A stretch of DNA of 64,000 nt from Planctomycetota bacterium (GCA_038227875.1 JBBRPR010000035.1:1-64000), one strand, 5' to 3'; shown: positions 47,990 through 58,047, counted from the stretch's first letter. A program made the numbers and translations. The notes: generated by a model from the sequence alone, not told the origin.

Positions 47990-50797
47990 TCAGTTCTCGG
48001 CCTTCGCGCCGGCCAGATTTTCGTAGTAGAGCTTGATCTGCTTGGCGTACTTCGCGGGCATCTTGTTCTTGATCGCCTGTTCGACGTCGGCGCGGTCCTT
48101 GGGAGGCAGCGCGACATTCCAGGCGTCGTTGCCGGCGACCTTGTTCTGGTCGTAGGCGAACTTGCCCATCGGACCTTCGCCCTTCTTCTGGCCCTTGGAT
48201 TCCTTGGCGGCCTTCGAGGCCTTCGATTCCTGTTTGGATTCCTGCGCCTGCTGCTGGGATTGTTGCGCCTGCTGCATCGCAGCCATGGCCTGCGCCTGCG
48301 CCTGCTGCGCCTGCTGTTTCTGGCCCTGCTGCATGGCCTGCGCGGCCTGCTGCATGGCCTGGGCGGCCTGCTGCATCTGCTGCTGCGCTTCCTTGGACAT
48401 CTGCTGGTTCTGCGCTTCGGCCTTGGCCATGTCGGCCATCGCCTGCTGCTGCGCGGCATCCTGCTGCATCTGCTGCGCGTCGTCGCGGGCCGTCTGCTGC
48501 TGCATCTGAGCTTCCTGCGCCTGCATGTCCTGCATCATCTGCGAAGGATCCGTCTGCTGCGCCTGCTGCTGCATGGCCTGCTGCAGGGATTCCATGGCCT
48601 GCTTCTGCGAGGCCTCGGCTTTCTGCTTGTCGCCCGCCTGCATCTGCTGGGCGGCCTGCTTCATCTGCTGAGCGGCCTGCTGCATGGCCTGCTGCGCCTG
48701 AGGGGACATCTGCTGGTTTTCCGACTGCTGTTGTGCCTGATCAGCGAGCTGCTGCTGCTGGGACGCGTCCTGTTGCATCTGCTGCTGGGTATCCTGTTCG
48801 GTCTTCTGTTCCATCGCGCCTTCCTGCGCGGCCAGCTTCTCCATGTTTTCCATGGCCTGGTTCTGCGCGGCCTGCGGATCGGCGGCCTGCTGCTGCTTCT
48901 GCTGCGCTTCCTGCAGCTTTTCCATCGCCTGCTGCTGGGCCTGTTCGGCCTTGGGTTTGTCGCCCTGCTGCATGGCCTGCGAGGCTTCCTGCATTTTCTG
49001 GCTGGCCTGATCGAGCGCCTGGCGCGTTTCCGGGGCCATCGCCTGCATCTGCGATTCGGCCTTGGCCTGGTCGGCCAGCTGCTGCTGCTTGTCGGCGTCC
49101 TGCTTCATCTGCTCCGGGCTTTCCTGCTTGGTCTGGTCGGCCGTCTGCTGTTCCTGCTGCTGGAGCTTGTCGAGCATCTGCTGCATGGCCTGCTGAGCCG
49201 ACTGCGGATCAGCCTGATTGAGCTTGTCCAAGGCCTGCGATTCGGCCTTGCGCAGTTCTTGCAGCGCCTGCTTCTGTTCCTGCTTGGCTTCGTCGGGCTT
49301 CTGGTTGGCCAGGTCCTGCGCGGCCTTGTCCATCGCCTGCTGGGCATTGTCGACGGCCTGCTTTTCGTCCTTGTCCTGCTGTTTCTGCTTGTCGGTGGCG
49401 GCCGGGTCTTCAGGCTGCTGCTTCATCTGATCGGCCAGCTGCTTGGCGTCGTCGGCGAGCGCTTTTTCCGGCTTGGCCAGGCTCTGGGCTTCTTCGGGCT
49501 TGGTCTTGTCGGTGTCGGCCTTCACGTCCTGCTGCTTCTGGATCATGTTCTGAATCTTTTCCAGTTCAGCGGCCTTCTCCTGCCCCTTCTCCTGCTGGTT
49601 TTCGACCTGGGCGAGTTCGTTCTCTTTCTTCTTGATCTCGTCGTTGAGTTTGTCGAGGACCGCCTGCTGATCCTTCTGCGCGTCCTTGGATTTGTCGTCG
49701 CCGAGCTTGTCCTGCGCGGCCTTGGACTTTTCTTCGGCTTGCGCCAGTTCCGGCGCGTCCTTCTTCATCTGGTCGAGGGCCTTGGTGACGTCGCCCTGAT
49801 CCTTCATCGCGTCAGCAACGGCCTTGTCGTTCTTGTCGTCGAGCTTCTGGGTTTCGGCCAGCGCCTTCTCCTGCTTGTCCTTGGTCTCTTTCAGATCCTT
49901 GATGTTCTTTTCCAGTTCGGCGGCGCGGTCGCTGCGGTCGGCCAGCTGCTTGTCGGCCTCCTTCATCGCCTGCATCACGTCTTCTTCTTTTTGTTCGGCG
50001 GAGCGGAGCTTGTTTTCCGTCACGTCATCCTTGGCTTCATCGGCCTTCTTCTGGACTTCGGCCTTTTCGAGCTGCTGCAGCGCCTTCTGAATCTGTTCGG
50101 CGGCGTTCTTGTCGGTCGCTTCGGCGTTCTTGGCCTGCTCCTGCAGATCCTTGATCGCCTTCTTCAATTCGTCGGACGCTTCCTTCTGCTTGTCAGCGGC
50201 TTCCTGGAGCGCCTTGCGTTCTTCCTCGGTCAGCTTCTCGCGCGGCTTGCCTTCCAGCTTTTCGTGCTGCAGGCGCGTGTCCTTGGCCTTGTCGATCGCT
50301 TCCTTCTGCTTCTTGATCGCGTCGCCGAGTACCCGTTCGGTCATCGAGGACTGGACGTTGCGCTTGAGCGCCGACGTCACCGTCAACAGGTCCTTGATGA
50401 TCGCATCGGAGCCGGACATGCCGTCGCGCAGGCCGCCCTTCAATTCCTTGTCGTCGGAACGCGCGCGGCGCAGGGCATCGGTGACAACCTGCACGCGCTT
50501 GGAGGAAATGTCGTCGAGCTTGTTGGTGGCATCGGAGAGGCCATCCTTGGCCTGCAATTCGACGCCGGCGTTCTGAGTCAGATCTTCAAGCAATTCGGTG
50601 ATGTCGTCGGCGGACTTCTTGATGTTCTGGCCGACATGGGTCTGCTGGCTTTCCAGTGGCTTGATTTCATGCATTGCGGCGTCGGGCTTGGGGGTCGGGT
50701 CTTCAGACTGCGCGAAGGCGGGCGCGCCGAAAGTCAGCGCCGCTCCCAGCATTCCAGCGGCAACGGACTTCTGCAGAATCTTGTTGAACATGACCAT
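47990..50797 (-). CDS. Secreted Gln/Ala-rich coiled-coil repeat protein
   Basis: Signal peptide AFA-QS; internal helical repeats; C-terminal MPAKYAKQIKLYYENLA. Confidence 0.88.
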   Translation of the reverse strand: MVMFNKILQKSVAAGMLGAALTFGAPAFAQSEDPTPKPDAAMHEIKPLESQQTHVGQNIKKSADDITELLEDLTQNAGVELQAKDGLSDATNKLDDISSKRVQVVTDALRRARSDDKELKGGLRDGMSGSDAIIKDLLTVTSALKRNVQSSMTERVLGDAIKKQKEAIDKAKDTRLQHEKLEGKPREKLTEEERKALQEAADKQKEASDELKKAIKDLQEQAKNAEATDKNAAEQIQKALQQLEKAEVQKKADEAKDDVTENKLRSAEQKEEDVMQAMKEADKQLADRSDRAAELEKNIKDLKETKDKQEKALAETQKLDDKNDKAVADAMKDQGDVTKALDQMKKDAPELAQAEEKSKAAQDKLGDDKSKDAQKDQQAVLDKLNDEIKKKENELAQVENQQEKGQEKAAELEKIQNMIQKQQDVKADTDKTKPEEAQSLAKPEKALADDAKQLADQMKQQPEDPAATDKQKQQDKDEKQAVDNAQQAMDKAAQDLANQKPDEAKQEQKQALQELRKAESQALDKLNQADPQSAQQAMQQMLDKLQQQEQQTADQTKQESPEQMKQDADKQQQLADQAKAESQMQAMAPETRQALDQASQKMQEASQAMQQGDKPKAEQAQQQAMEKLQEAQQKQQQAADPQAAQNQAMENMEKLAAQEGAMEQKTEQDTQQQMQQDASQQQQLADQAQQQSENQQMSPQAQQAMQQAAQQMKQAAQQMQAGDKQKAEASQKQAMESLQQAMQQQAQQTDPSQMMQDMQAQEAQMQQQTARDDAQQMQQDAAQQQAMADMAKAEAQNQQMSKEAQQQMQQAAQAMQQAAQAMQQGQKQQAQQAQAQAMAAMQQAQQSQQQAQESKQESKASKAAKESKGQKKGEGPMGKFAYDQNKVAGNDAWNVALPPKDRADVEQAIKNKMPAKYAKQIKLYYENLAGAKAEN

Positions 50798-51107
50798 GCG
50801 AAAGGACTCCCCTCACGTCGATTTTGGACGTTCTGACGTTTCTCAGCCGCGGTCTGCGACACAATTTACATAGGTGCAGAAGGACACAATGCGCCCTATG
50901 TTTTGATACACCAGATGGGACGGAGGCGGTCGAAGTTTCTTATGTTTCTTTTCTAAAATGGGCGCGAGAAGAAGAGGCGTCTCACTAATGGCCGGCACCT
51001 ATGGTTTTTTGATGGCGAGTGGTCGCTGAAACGGCGTCAAGAAACCATGCTTTCGCCAGCATTATTGAAATAATGATAGCAGTATTTTGAAGGTTCTGAA
51101 CTGTTCG

Positions 51108-52250
51108 TCAGCTTTTGAGCAAGTTGCGCGCAATCACCAAGCGCTGGATTTCGCTAGTGCCCTCATAAAGCGTCAGCACACGTGCATCGCGATAGAGGCG
51201 TTCGACGCGGTATTCGCGGCTGTAACCGTAGCCGCCGTGAACTTGGACGGCCCGATACGCCGAGCGATTGGCCGCTTCGCTGGAGAACAACTTCGCGACG
51301 GCGGCCTTGTCGGTAAACGGCTGACCGGATTTTTTAGTCCATGCCGCCGAGAGCGAGAGCGTTCGCGCCGCTTCGTGATCGACGACCGTGTCGGCGAGCA
51401 TCCATTGGATCGCCTGCAGATCGGCGATCGGCTTGCCGAAGGCGATACGATCCTTGGCGTACTTCTTCATTTCGTCGAGACACGCCGCGATCAAACCGGT
51501 GCTCAAACTGGCGATGCCGATGCGACCAGAATCCAGGGCGCTCAGGGCGATCTTGATGCCCGAGCCTTCCGCGCCGAGTAGATTGGCGGCGGGAATCACG
51601 CAATTTTCGAAGGCGACTGCGCAGGAGTGGCTCGCGCGCTGGCCCATTTTCGGTTCGGATTTTCCGACGCTTAAGCCCGGCGTGTTGCCTTCGACAATGA
51701 ACGCGCTGATGCCTTTGCGCTTGTCCGGAGATGGATCGGTGACCGCGACGACCAAGTATGTGCCGGTCGCCGTGGCGTTGGAGATCCACGTTTTCTCGCC
51801 GTTGAGCACGTACGTCTCGCCTTTTTTCTCGGCGCGCGTGCGGATGGCCTGGACGTCGGAGCCGGCGTGCGGTTCGGTGAGCGCGAAGGCGCCGAGTCCT
51901 TCGGGCAGGTTCAGGCGACGGAGGTACTTTTCCTTCTGCGTGTCGTTGCCCCACTGCGAAATGGTTTCGGCGACGAGATTGTTGACGGAAAGAATCACGG
52001 CCGTGGAGGCATCGGCACGCGCGATTTCCATGATCGCCAGTGCGTACGCAACGGCGTCGAGCCCCGCGCCGCCATAGGTATCGGGAATGAGCATGCCCAG
52101 CAGACCGAGCTCCGCGAGACCGGCGATCGCCGCCGTCGGGAATTCCTCATGCGCATCGAGGTGCGCGGCCAGCGGGAGGAGTTTCTTCTCGGCAAAGTCG
52201 CGCGCGGTATCGCGGGCGGCTTGCTGTTCGTCGGTGAGATTCAGGTCCAT
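51108..52250 (-). CDS. Acyl-CoA dehydrogenase
   Basis: FALTEPHAGSD, LNGEKTWISN, RIAFGKPI, QVHGGYGY, LYEGTSEIQR. Confidence 0.95.
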   Translation of the reverse strand: MDLNLTDEQQAARDTARDFAEKKLLPLAAHLDAHEEFPTAAIAGLAELGLLGMLIPDTYGGAGLDAVAYALAIMEIARADASTAVILSVNNLVAETISQWGNDTQKEKYLRRLNLPEGLGAFALTEPHAGSDVQAIRTRAEKKGETYVLNGEKTWISNATATGTYLVVAVTDPSPDKRKGISAFIVEGNTPGLSVGKSEPKMGQRASHSCAVAFENCVIPAANLLGAEGSGIKIALSALDSGRIGIASLSTGLIAACLDEMKKYAKDRIAFGKPIADLQAIQWMLADTVVDHEAARTLSLSAAWTKKSGQPFTDKAAVAKLFSSEAANRSAYRAVQVHGGYGYSREYRVERLYRDARVLTLYEGTSEIQRLVIARNLLKS

Positions 52251-52354
52251 GGGGATATTAGAACGGGAGGAACTGCCATTTTCCATCGGTCATTTTCCAT
52301 TTCCCATTTTCCATTTGGAACTACATCGCGCGCAGGACGAACGACGTGTGTTTA

Positions 52355-52510
52355 TGTGTCGGGGAGCAAGCGGCTGTTTGCTTGCTCCCTGCTCAGCGCA
52401 ACTCAATTCCGCTAGAATACCCTCCTCGATAACAAGTTCCTAAACTGCTTGCGCGTGAGTCCCGAGCGCCAAGCAAGGAGCAAGCTAACGGCCGCTTGCT
52501 CCTTGACACA
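52355..52510. repeat. Second REP doublet (imperfect inverted arms, each self-complementary)
   Basis: Arms 52355-52393 and 52472-52510; core GGAGCAAGC-N8-GCTTGCTCC in both. Confidence 0.75.
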
Positions 52511-52524
52511 CAGCCGCACGCGGA

Positions 52525-52587
52525 TTCATCACTCATCACTCATCACTCATCACTCATCACTCATCGCTCATCGCTCATCGCTCATCG
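52525..52587. repeat. CTCATC(A/G) heptamer array, nine units
   Basis: Five A-type then four G-type units; contains the stop codon of 52575-54140. Confidence 0.9.
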
Positions 52588-54140
52588 TTCGCTTTCAGTG
52601 TGGCGAGTTGTTTCCTGGCTTCTTCCACTGCGGCTTTGAAGCGGGCGAAGCGCGGGTCGAGGGCGGCTTCGAAGAAGGGGATGGACTCGGCGGCCAGGCC
52701 GCTGGCGCGGAGCGCTTGACCGGTGGTTACCAGGAGCGGGCCGGGAGTGACGTAGAACTCGTTGAAGTTCCAGCAGTGGCGCGCCTTATCCGTGGCGGAG
52801 GCGATGGTCAGGGCCAGCGTGCGCATCTCGTCGGGTTTGTGCTCGGTCGCGGCCTTGGTCCATTCGGGGAAGAGCGAATTGGCGAATTGGCCATAGGCAA
52901 ACGCGTTGCGCGGCGCTTTCTGGGTGGCATCGAGCATCACGTTGATTTCGCTGGCGAAGAGCATCCCGCGCATGAAGCCGAGCACGCCGACCACCAACAA
53001 TACCAGCGCCCACACGGGCGGATGAAACGCGTCCTCACCGCGCGCCGTCGCGATTTTTTTGAGCAGAACTTCAACCAGCAGAGCCGCGCCGAGAAAGAGA
53101 AACGGCAGCGCCATGTATTGAAAGCGGTCGTAAGCGGGAAACGTGGTGGCGGAGACGTTGAGCATCGGCCCGAGCGCCAGCGCCCAGGCCAGGGCGCAGA
53201 AGATGAAGAGTTTGCGCTGGGCCGCGCCGGCAATGGCGATGCCGGCCGCAAAGAGCGCGATGACCGCGATCAGTTTTCCGAAAAACGCCGGGTCGCTGAA
53301 TTCCAACACGCGGTCGAGATCCTGAAAGAAGCTCACCGTCCACGGCAGAAATGCGGTGCGCAGGTAGATCAGCAACGTGCCGGGCAAGTTGAGCACTGTG
53401 TCGCGGGCGCTCCATGCAATGGCGTCTTCGGTATCGTGATTGGCACGCAGCGCGACATACGCAAAAAGCGCCGCGAGCGCGAGAAACGGAAGTGTCGCGA
53501 GCAGATTACGCTTCGGCGCAGCCTCGTTCGTGCCTGGTAGCAGTGGCGCGCAGAGTTCGTAGAGCAATACCAGCGGCCCGACGACGAGCGCAGGCGACTT
53601 GCCAAGCCCCGCCAGTCCGATTAACAAAAGTCCGCCAACGATGCGTACCGCGCGGGAGCGGTCCGTGTTAAAATAGAGCGCCAACGCCGCGAACGAAAAC
53701 AGTCCGCACCACAGCGTTTTCTGTTCGGTGATCCAAGCGACAGATTCAGGCTGAATGGGATGGACCGCCCACAGCGCTGCCACGCCCAGCGCCAGCGTCG
53801 GACGGCGCGTGAGATTTTTGAGCATCGTAAAACACGCCAGCGCCGCGCCCGCGTGGAGCAGGACGCTGAACAATCGGTACCCGATCGCATGCGCGCCAAA
53901 GACCTGCCACTGCGCCCAGATGAGCAACTCATGCAGCGGCGCGTAATGCCCAAAATGCGCTTTCGTAAAGATCCCCGACAGCGGCGCCGAACCGTTGATC
54001 GCCGGGTTATTCACGATCATCGAATGATCATCGACCCAATAGAACGGCGCACCCAGTGAACCGAGTGCGGGAACGAAAGCAGCGACGACCAGCAGCGGAA
54101 GAGCGAAGCGCGAAACAAGCTCCGGCCGTTCATTCGCCAT
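52575..54140 (-). CDS. GT-C membrane glycosyltransferase, TMTC-like
   Basis: WVDDH..IVNNP, HYAPL, LWAVHPIQPESVAWI, DRFQY; many TM segments. Confidence 0.75.
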   Translation of the reverse strand: MANERPELVSRFALPLLVVAAFVPALGSLGAPFYWVDDHSMIVNNPAINGSAPLSGIFTKAHFGHYAPLHELLIWAQWQVFGAHAIGYRLFSVLLHAGAALACFTMLKNLTRRPTLALGVAALWAVHPIQPESVAWITEQKTLWCGLFSFAALALYFNTDRSRAVRIVGGLLLIGLAGLGKSPALVVGPLVLLYELCAPLLPGTNEAAPKRNLLATLPFLALAALFAYVALRANHDTEDAIAWSARDTVLNLPGTLLIYLRTAFLPWTVSFFQDLDRVLEFSDPAFFGKLIAVIALFAAGIAIAGAAQRKLFIFCALAWALALGPMLNVSATTFPAYDRFQYMALPFLFLGAALLVEVLLKKIATARGEDAFHPPVWALVLLVVGVLGFMRGMLFASEINVMLDATQKAPRNAFAYGQFANSLFPEWTKAATEHKPDEMRTLALTIASATDKARHCWNFNEFYVTPGPLLVTTGQALRASGLAAESIPFFEAALDPRFARFKAAVEEARKQLATLKANDER

Positions 54141-54212
54141 CCGCGCTAAAACCCCAAAACAAAATCCGTAACCGTTCTTTGCGTCTTAGCGGCTTTGCGT
54201 GAGATTGAAAAC

Positions 54213-55781
54213 TCACCGCATCCGCAAGCGGATCAGCCCCAGCCCCACCATCTTCAGCAGCATCCAGCCATGTTTGAAGCGGCTGATCTGCGTCTCGCCG
54301 TAGACGCGTTCGCGGTAGCGCACCGGCAGGTCGACGATCTTCAGGCCGAGCTTCGACGCGCCGAAGAGCAGATCGAAATCGCCGAAGGGATCGAAGTTCC
54401 CAAAGTAGGCGCGCTGCTTCGCCAGGCGTTCGTAATCAGTGCGCAGCAAAACCTTCGTGCCGCAGAGCGTGTCCTTGACGTGCTGACCGATCAAATACGA
54501 AAAGGCCATGCTGAAAAACTTGTTGCCGAGAAGATTCAAGAAACGCATCGCCTTGCCTTCCATCGGGTAGACCAGGCGCGATCCGTTGACGAACTCCGCG
54601 CCGCCTTCGGCAATGACGTTGAAGAATTTCGGCAGGTCTTCGGGCACAACGGAGATGTCCGCGTCGAGGATCAGCAGCACGTCGCCCTTCGCTTTTTCAA
54701 AGCCGAGCCAGACCGCATCCTTCTTGCCCTTGCCCGTCTGCTTGTAGACGGAGATATCCATCTCGGGGTGATCGGCTTTCGCTTTCAAACAGGCGTCGTA
54801 GGTCTCGTCGGCGGAATTGCCTTCGACCAGGATCAGTTCGGTATGCGCGCCCATTTTCGGAAGACGTTCGACGATGCCCGGAATGTTCCCCGCTTCGTTG
54901 CGGCAGGGGCAGATTACCGAAACGGTGATCGGCTTGGCCAGCGCCACCGCAGCCGCCGGATTGTTCTTCGCCACGCCGGTCAATCCCGGAGCCAACGGCA
55001 GCCGCGCGACGATCCAGTTGGAGACGCAGAACCATTTGAACGGCTTGAACGGCGCGAGGACCGTGTTGCAGAGCCCCGAAAGCAGCGGAATCCGCTTGGG
55101 CAGCAGCACGCGCGAATCAGTGCTGACGACTTCGAAGCCCGCGAGTCCGAGCAGGTTGGCGACATCCTCGGTCGTCACCCAATTGAGCGTTGGCTGGCGG
55201 TACTTCATCCCCAGCGCTTCGGCCATCGCGAGGATCGGCTGCCAGAGCCGGCTGTGCATGTTGATGATCAGCCGCGTGCGCGCGTGGCAGAGCGGCTTCA
55301 AGTGTTCGAAGAGCGCGTGGATATCGAACGTGAAGCCGAGGAGATCGGAGAGAATAATGTAATCGAACGTTTCGCCCTTCCAATCGGCCTTCTCCGCCGC
55401 GACCGCTTCGAAGCGGAATTGCGGATACTTCTGCCGCGCGACGTTGACCATCTCGGGGCTCAGATCGATCCCGACGCCGACCGACGGTTGGAGCGCCGCG
55501 AGCATGTCGCCGGCGCCGCAGCCGATTTCAATCACGCGCGAGCCGGGAACGACGTGGTAGCGGGCGATGCGTTCGAGTTCCTGGTGGTAGCCGAGATTCT
55601 TGTTGCGCCAATATTCGCGGTCCGGCGCGAAGTTGTCGAAGTAGCCTTGCAGCCGCTCGAGGCATTCGTCGAGCTCCGACGGGCGGTACGCTGCGCGCTC
55701 CCCATGCGTAATGGGACCGCTCGCCACGGGGGCGGGTGCCAGGGCGGTTTCCGGTTTGGGCTGCTCGAGGTCGGTCTTCAT
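54213..55781 (-). CDS. SAM-methyltransferase plus GT2 glycosyltransferase fusion
   Basis: VIEIGCGAG; VSVICPCRNEAGNI, ILDAD, VNGSR, DTLCGTK. Confidence 0.9.
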   Translation of the reverse strand: MKTDLEQPKPETALAPAPVASGPITHGERAAYRPSELDECLERLQGYFDNFAPDREYWRNKNLGYHQELERIARYHVVPGSRVIEIGCGAGDMLAALQPSVGVGIDLSPEMVNVARQKYPQFRFEAVAAEKADWKGETFDYIILSDLLGFTFDIHALFEHLKPLCHARTRLIINMHSRLWQPILAMAEALGMKYRQPTLNWVTTEDVANLLGLAGFEVVSTDSRVLLPKRIPLLSGLCNTVLAPFKPFKWFCVSNWIVARLPLAPGLTGVAKNNPAAAVALAKPITVSVICPCRNEAGNIPGIVERLPKMGAHTELILVEGNSADETYDACLKAKADHPEMDISVYKQTGKGKKDAVWLGFEKAKGDVLLILDADISVVPEDLPKFFNVIAEGGAEFVNGSRLVYPMEGKAMRFLNLLGNKFFSMAFSYLIGQHVKDTLCGTKVLLRTDYERLAKQRAYFGNFDPFGDFDLLFGASKLGLKIVDLPVRYRERVYGETQISRFKHGWMLLKMVGLGLIRLRMR

Positions 55782-56078
55782 TGAAAAGGAGTATATTTCA
55801 AAGGGAGTGAAAAGCCGAAGGAAAATGAGGGAGCGGGTCCTGGCTCTTGGCTCTTGGCTCTTGGGAGACCTGTCGGGCAAAGTGGCACCATTGGCGTGAG
55901 TTGGCGCCACAGGTACGGAGAATTCTGAGCGTAGCGAAGAATTATCCTTACCAGTGTGATCGCAGTGTGATCGTGGTGGTGAATAACATCCGGCCAAGGC
56001 ACTGGCACCAAATTATTCCTGAGCCAGGAACCGCATTAAACATTTACACACATAACACCTAAATTTGCGGAATTCGTA

Positions 56079-56106
56079 TTGACACGCCTATTTGTTAGGG
56101 TATTAT
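56079..56106 (+). promoter_or_regulatory. Sigma-70-type promoter
   Basis: TTGACA-N16-TATTAT upstream of AAGGAG and ATG 56133. Confidence 0.6.
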
Positions 56107-56132
56107 TTGGGTATCTAAGGAGAGCTTATGCC

Positions 56133-56363
56133 ATGAAACAAAACTATCTGCGCGCCAAGGACATGCTCATCGCCATCAAGCAGTTCTATGGCTACGACCT
56201 GGGAATGGCGACGCTCAACCGCTGGCGCAAGCGACACCCGCTGCCGTCGCCGGCGCAGTTGAAGGAACTCTGCCATTGGTTCGAGCACCGCATGTCGGAA
56301 AAGCGCGGCGGTGAAATGTTGATGCGCTCGACTGGGAAGCGGACGGCGCGACGGAAAAAGTGA
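56133..56363 (+). CDS. Small basic HTH-like protein (AlpA/excisionase-like)
   Basis: YLRAKD...MATLNRWRKR; has its own promoter and RBS. Confidence 0.65.
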   Translation: MKQNYLRAKDMLIAIKQFYGYDLGMATLNRWRKRHPLPSPAQLKELCHWFEHRMSEKRGGEMLMRSTGKRTARRKK

Positions 56364-56448
56364 AGAGCGTGTTCCTTCACCAGATCGGGAAACTGTCCGG
56401 CCAAGGCACTGGCACCAGTTCCGAATATTCAGGCCGACGCCCCCGCAT

Positions 56449-58047
56449 TCACCGTAGTCCAGTTCCTTCCACTTGGCGCAGACCGGGCGTGCCGTCGAAA
56501 ATCAGCAGGCGCGTCGCGATCTTGTCGATAAAAAATCGATCGTGGCTGACCACCATCACGGCGCCGGGGAAATGGGCGAGCGCGCGCTCCATGACTTGCG
56601 TGCTGGTGAGGTCGAGGTGGTTCGTCGGCTCGTCGAGAATCAGCAGGCCCGCGCCGGAGAGCAGGCACAGCGCCAGCGCCACGCGCGCTTTCTGGCCGCC
56701 GGATAATTTTCCGATGCGCTGCTTCATGTCCAGTTCCGAGAAGCTGAACATCTCGATGAACTCCTTCACCTCTTTGCGTGGCGCGCTGGCGACGATGCCG
56801 TAATTGCCGCCGATCACTTTCGACAGCATCTCGTTGGGATCCAGATCGCGCAGGATGTGGTTGAACGAAACGCCCGAAAACGCGAAGCCGTTCCCGGTGC
56901 TCAGCCACTGCACGCTTCCGGCGCTCGGTTCTTCATCGCCGGTGACGATCCGCAACAGGCTGCTCTTGCCACAGCCATTGGGGCCGACGATCGCCAACCG
57001 TTCGCCTTTGCTGATCGTCAAATTCAATCCGCGGAAGAGTTCCTGCCCGTCGTAGCTCTTGGCGAGGTCCTTGATGCGCAGCAGTTGTCCGGAGACGCGC
57101 AGATTTTCGTAGATACTGGTAATGATCCGCTCCATCGGCGGCGGCTGAACGCTTTTGCGGATGTTGGCCAGTTTCCGCTTGAGCCACGCGTTGGGTGATT
57201 TCGCGGCCTCCTTACGGTCGTCGATCGCTTCCGCTTCGTACACGAGCAGTTCTTCCTCGTGGCGGTGCTGCGCCTCGATCATTTTCAGCCGCAGTTTCCG
57301 CTCGCGCACGTATTCGGCGAAGCTGCCAGGGTATTCGTGAATGTGGTAGTTCTCCAGCTCGACGATGCGAGTGACGATGCGTTCCAGGAAATGCCGGTCG
57401 TGCGAGACAACTAAAATGGCGCCGCGGAATTTCTTGATCCACGACTCCAGCCAGTCCATGCCTTCGACATCAAGGTAATTCGTCGGCTCGTCGAGCAGCA
57501 GCGCGTCGGGTTCTTCGAGCAGGATTTTCGCGAGCGCGGCGCGATTGCGCCAGCCGCCGGAGAGCTGCGCGATCTGGCGGTGCCGATGCTCTTCTTTAAA
57601 GCCCAGCTTGGAGAGCACCGTATCGATCTTGTTCTTCCAGTTCCAGCCGTCGCAGTGTTCGATTTTTTCGAGCAACTCCGCCTGGCGCGCGAGCAGCGCG
57701 TCCATGTCCTCCGGATCCTCGCCCATCTTCTGCTCAATCTGTTCGAGCTCGGTCATCATGGCCTTCACGTGGCCGAGCACGTCCTCAAGGATTTCCTGGA
57801 TGCTCGCTTCGGAATCGAGTTCGGAAAATTGCGAGAAGTAGCCGATCTTGACGTTTGGTTCGAGCTCGACCTCGCCTTCCGTCGGCTCTTCGCGGCCGAG
57901 GAATAGATTCAGCAGCGTGGTTTTGCCGCAGCCATTGGGACCAATCAGGCCGACGCGATCGCCTTCGCCCATGCGAAAGAAAATCTCTTTCAGCACGAGC
58001 CGGTCGTCGTACTTCTTGGTGACGTTCTTGATGCGAACCAGACTCAT
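56449..58047 (-). CDS. ABC-F family ATPase
   Basis: Two NBDs (GPNGCGKT/S, LSGGW/LSGGQ, LDEPTN, VSHDR); no TM segments. Confidence 0.93.
   Translation of the reverse strand: MSLVRIKNVTKKYDDRLVLKEIFFRMGEGDRVGLIGPNGCGKTTLLNLFLGREEPTEGEVELEPNVKIGYFSQFSELDSEASIQEILEDVLGHVKAMMTELEQIEQKMGEDPEDMDALLARQAELLEKIEHCDGWNWKNKIDTVLSKLGFKEEHRHRQIAQLSGGWRNRAALAKILLEEPDALLLDEPTNYLDVEGMDWLESWIKKFRGAILVVSHDRHFLERIVTRIVELENYHIHEYPGSFAEYVRERKLRLKMIEAQHRHEEELLVYEAEAIDDRKEAAKSPNAWLKRKLANIRKSVQPPPMERIITSIYENLRVSGQLLRIKDLAKSYDGQELFRGLNLTISKGERLAIVGPNGCGKSSLLRIVTGDEEPSAGSVQWLSTGNGFAFSGVSFNHILRDLDPNEMLSKVIGGNYGIVASAPRKEVKEFIEMFSFSELDMKQRIGKLSGGQKARVALALCLLSGAGLLILDEPTNHLDLTSTQVMERALAHFPGAVMVVSHDRFFIDKIATRLLIFDGTPGLRQVEGTGLR

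Larger units (their letters stand above)
55989..56417. repeat. Perfect 22-bp direct repeat pair flanking a small gene
   Basis: TCCGGCCAAGGCACTGGCACCA at 55989-56010 and 56396-56417. Confidence 0.85.

Noticed and set aside
48260..50836. 858-aa Leu-rich plus-strand ORF
   Set aside because: Antisense of CAG-rich Gln codons in the coiled-coil gene.
55989..56417. Sigma-54 promoters at the TGGCAC in the 22-bp repeats
   Set aside because: No GC at the required GG-N10-GC spacing in either copy.
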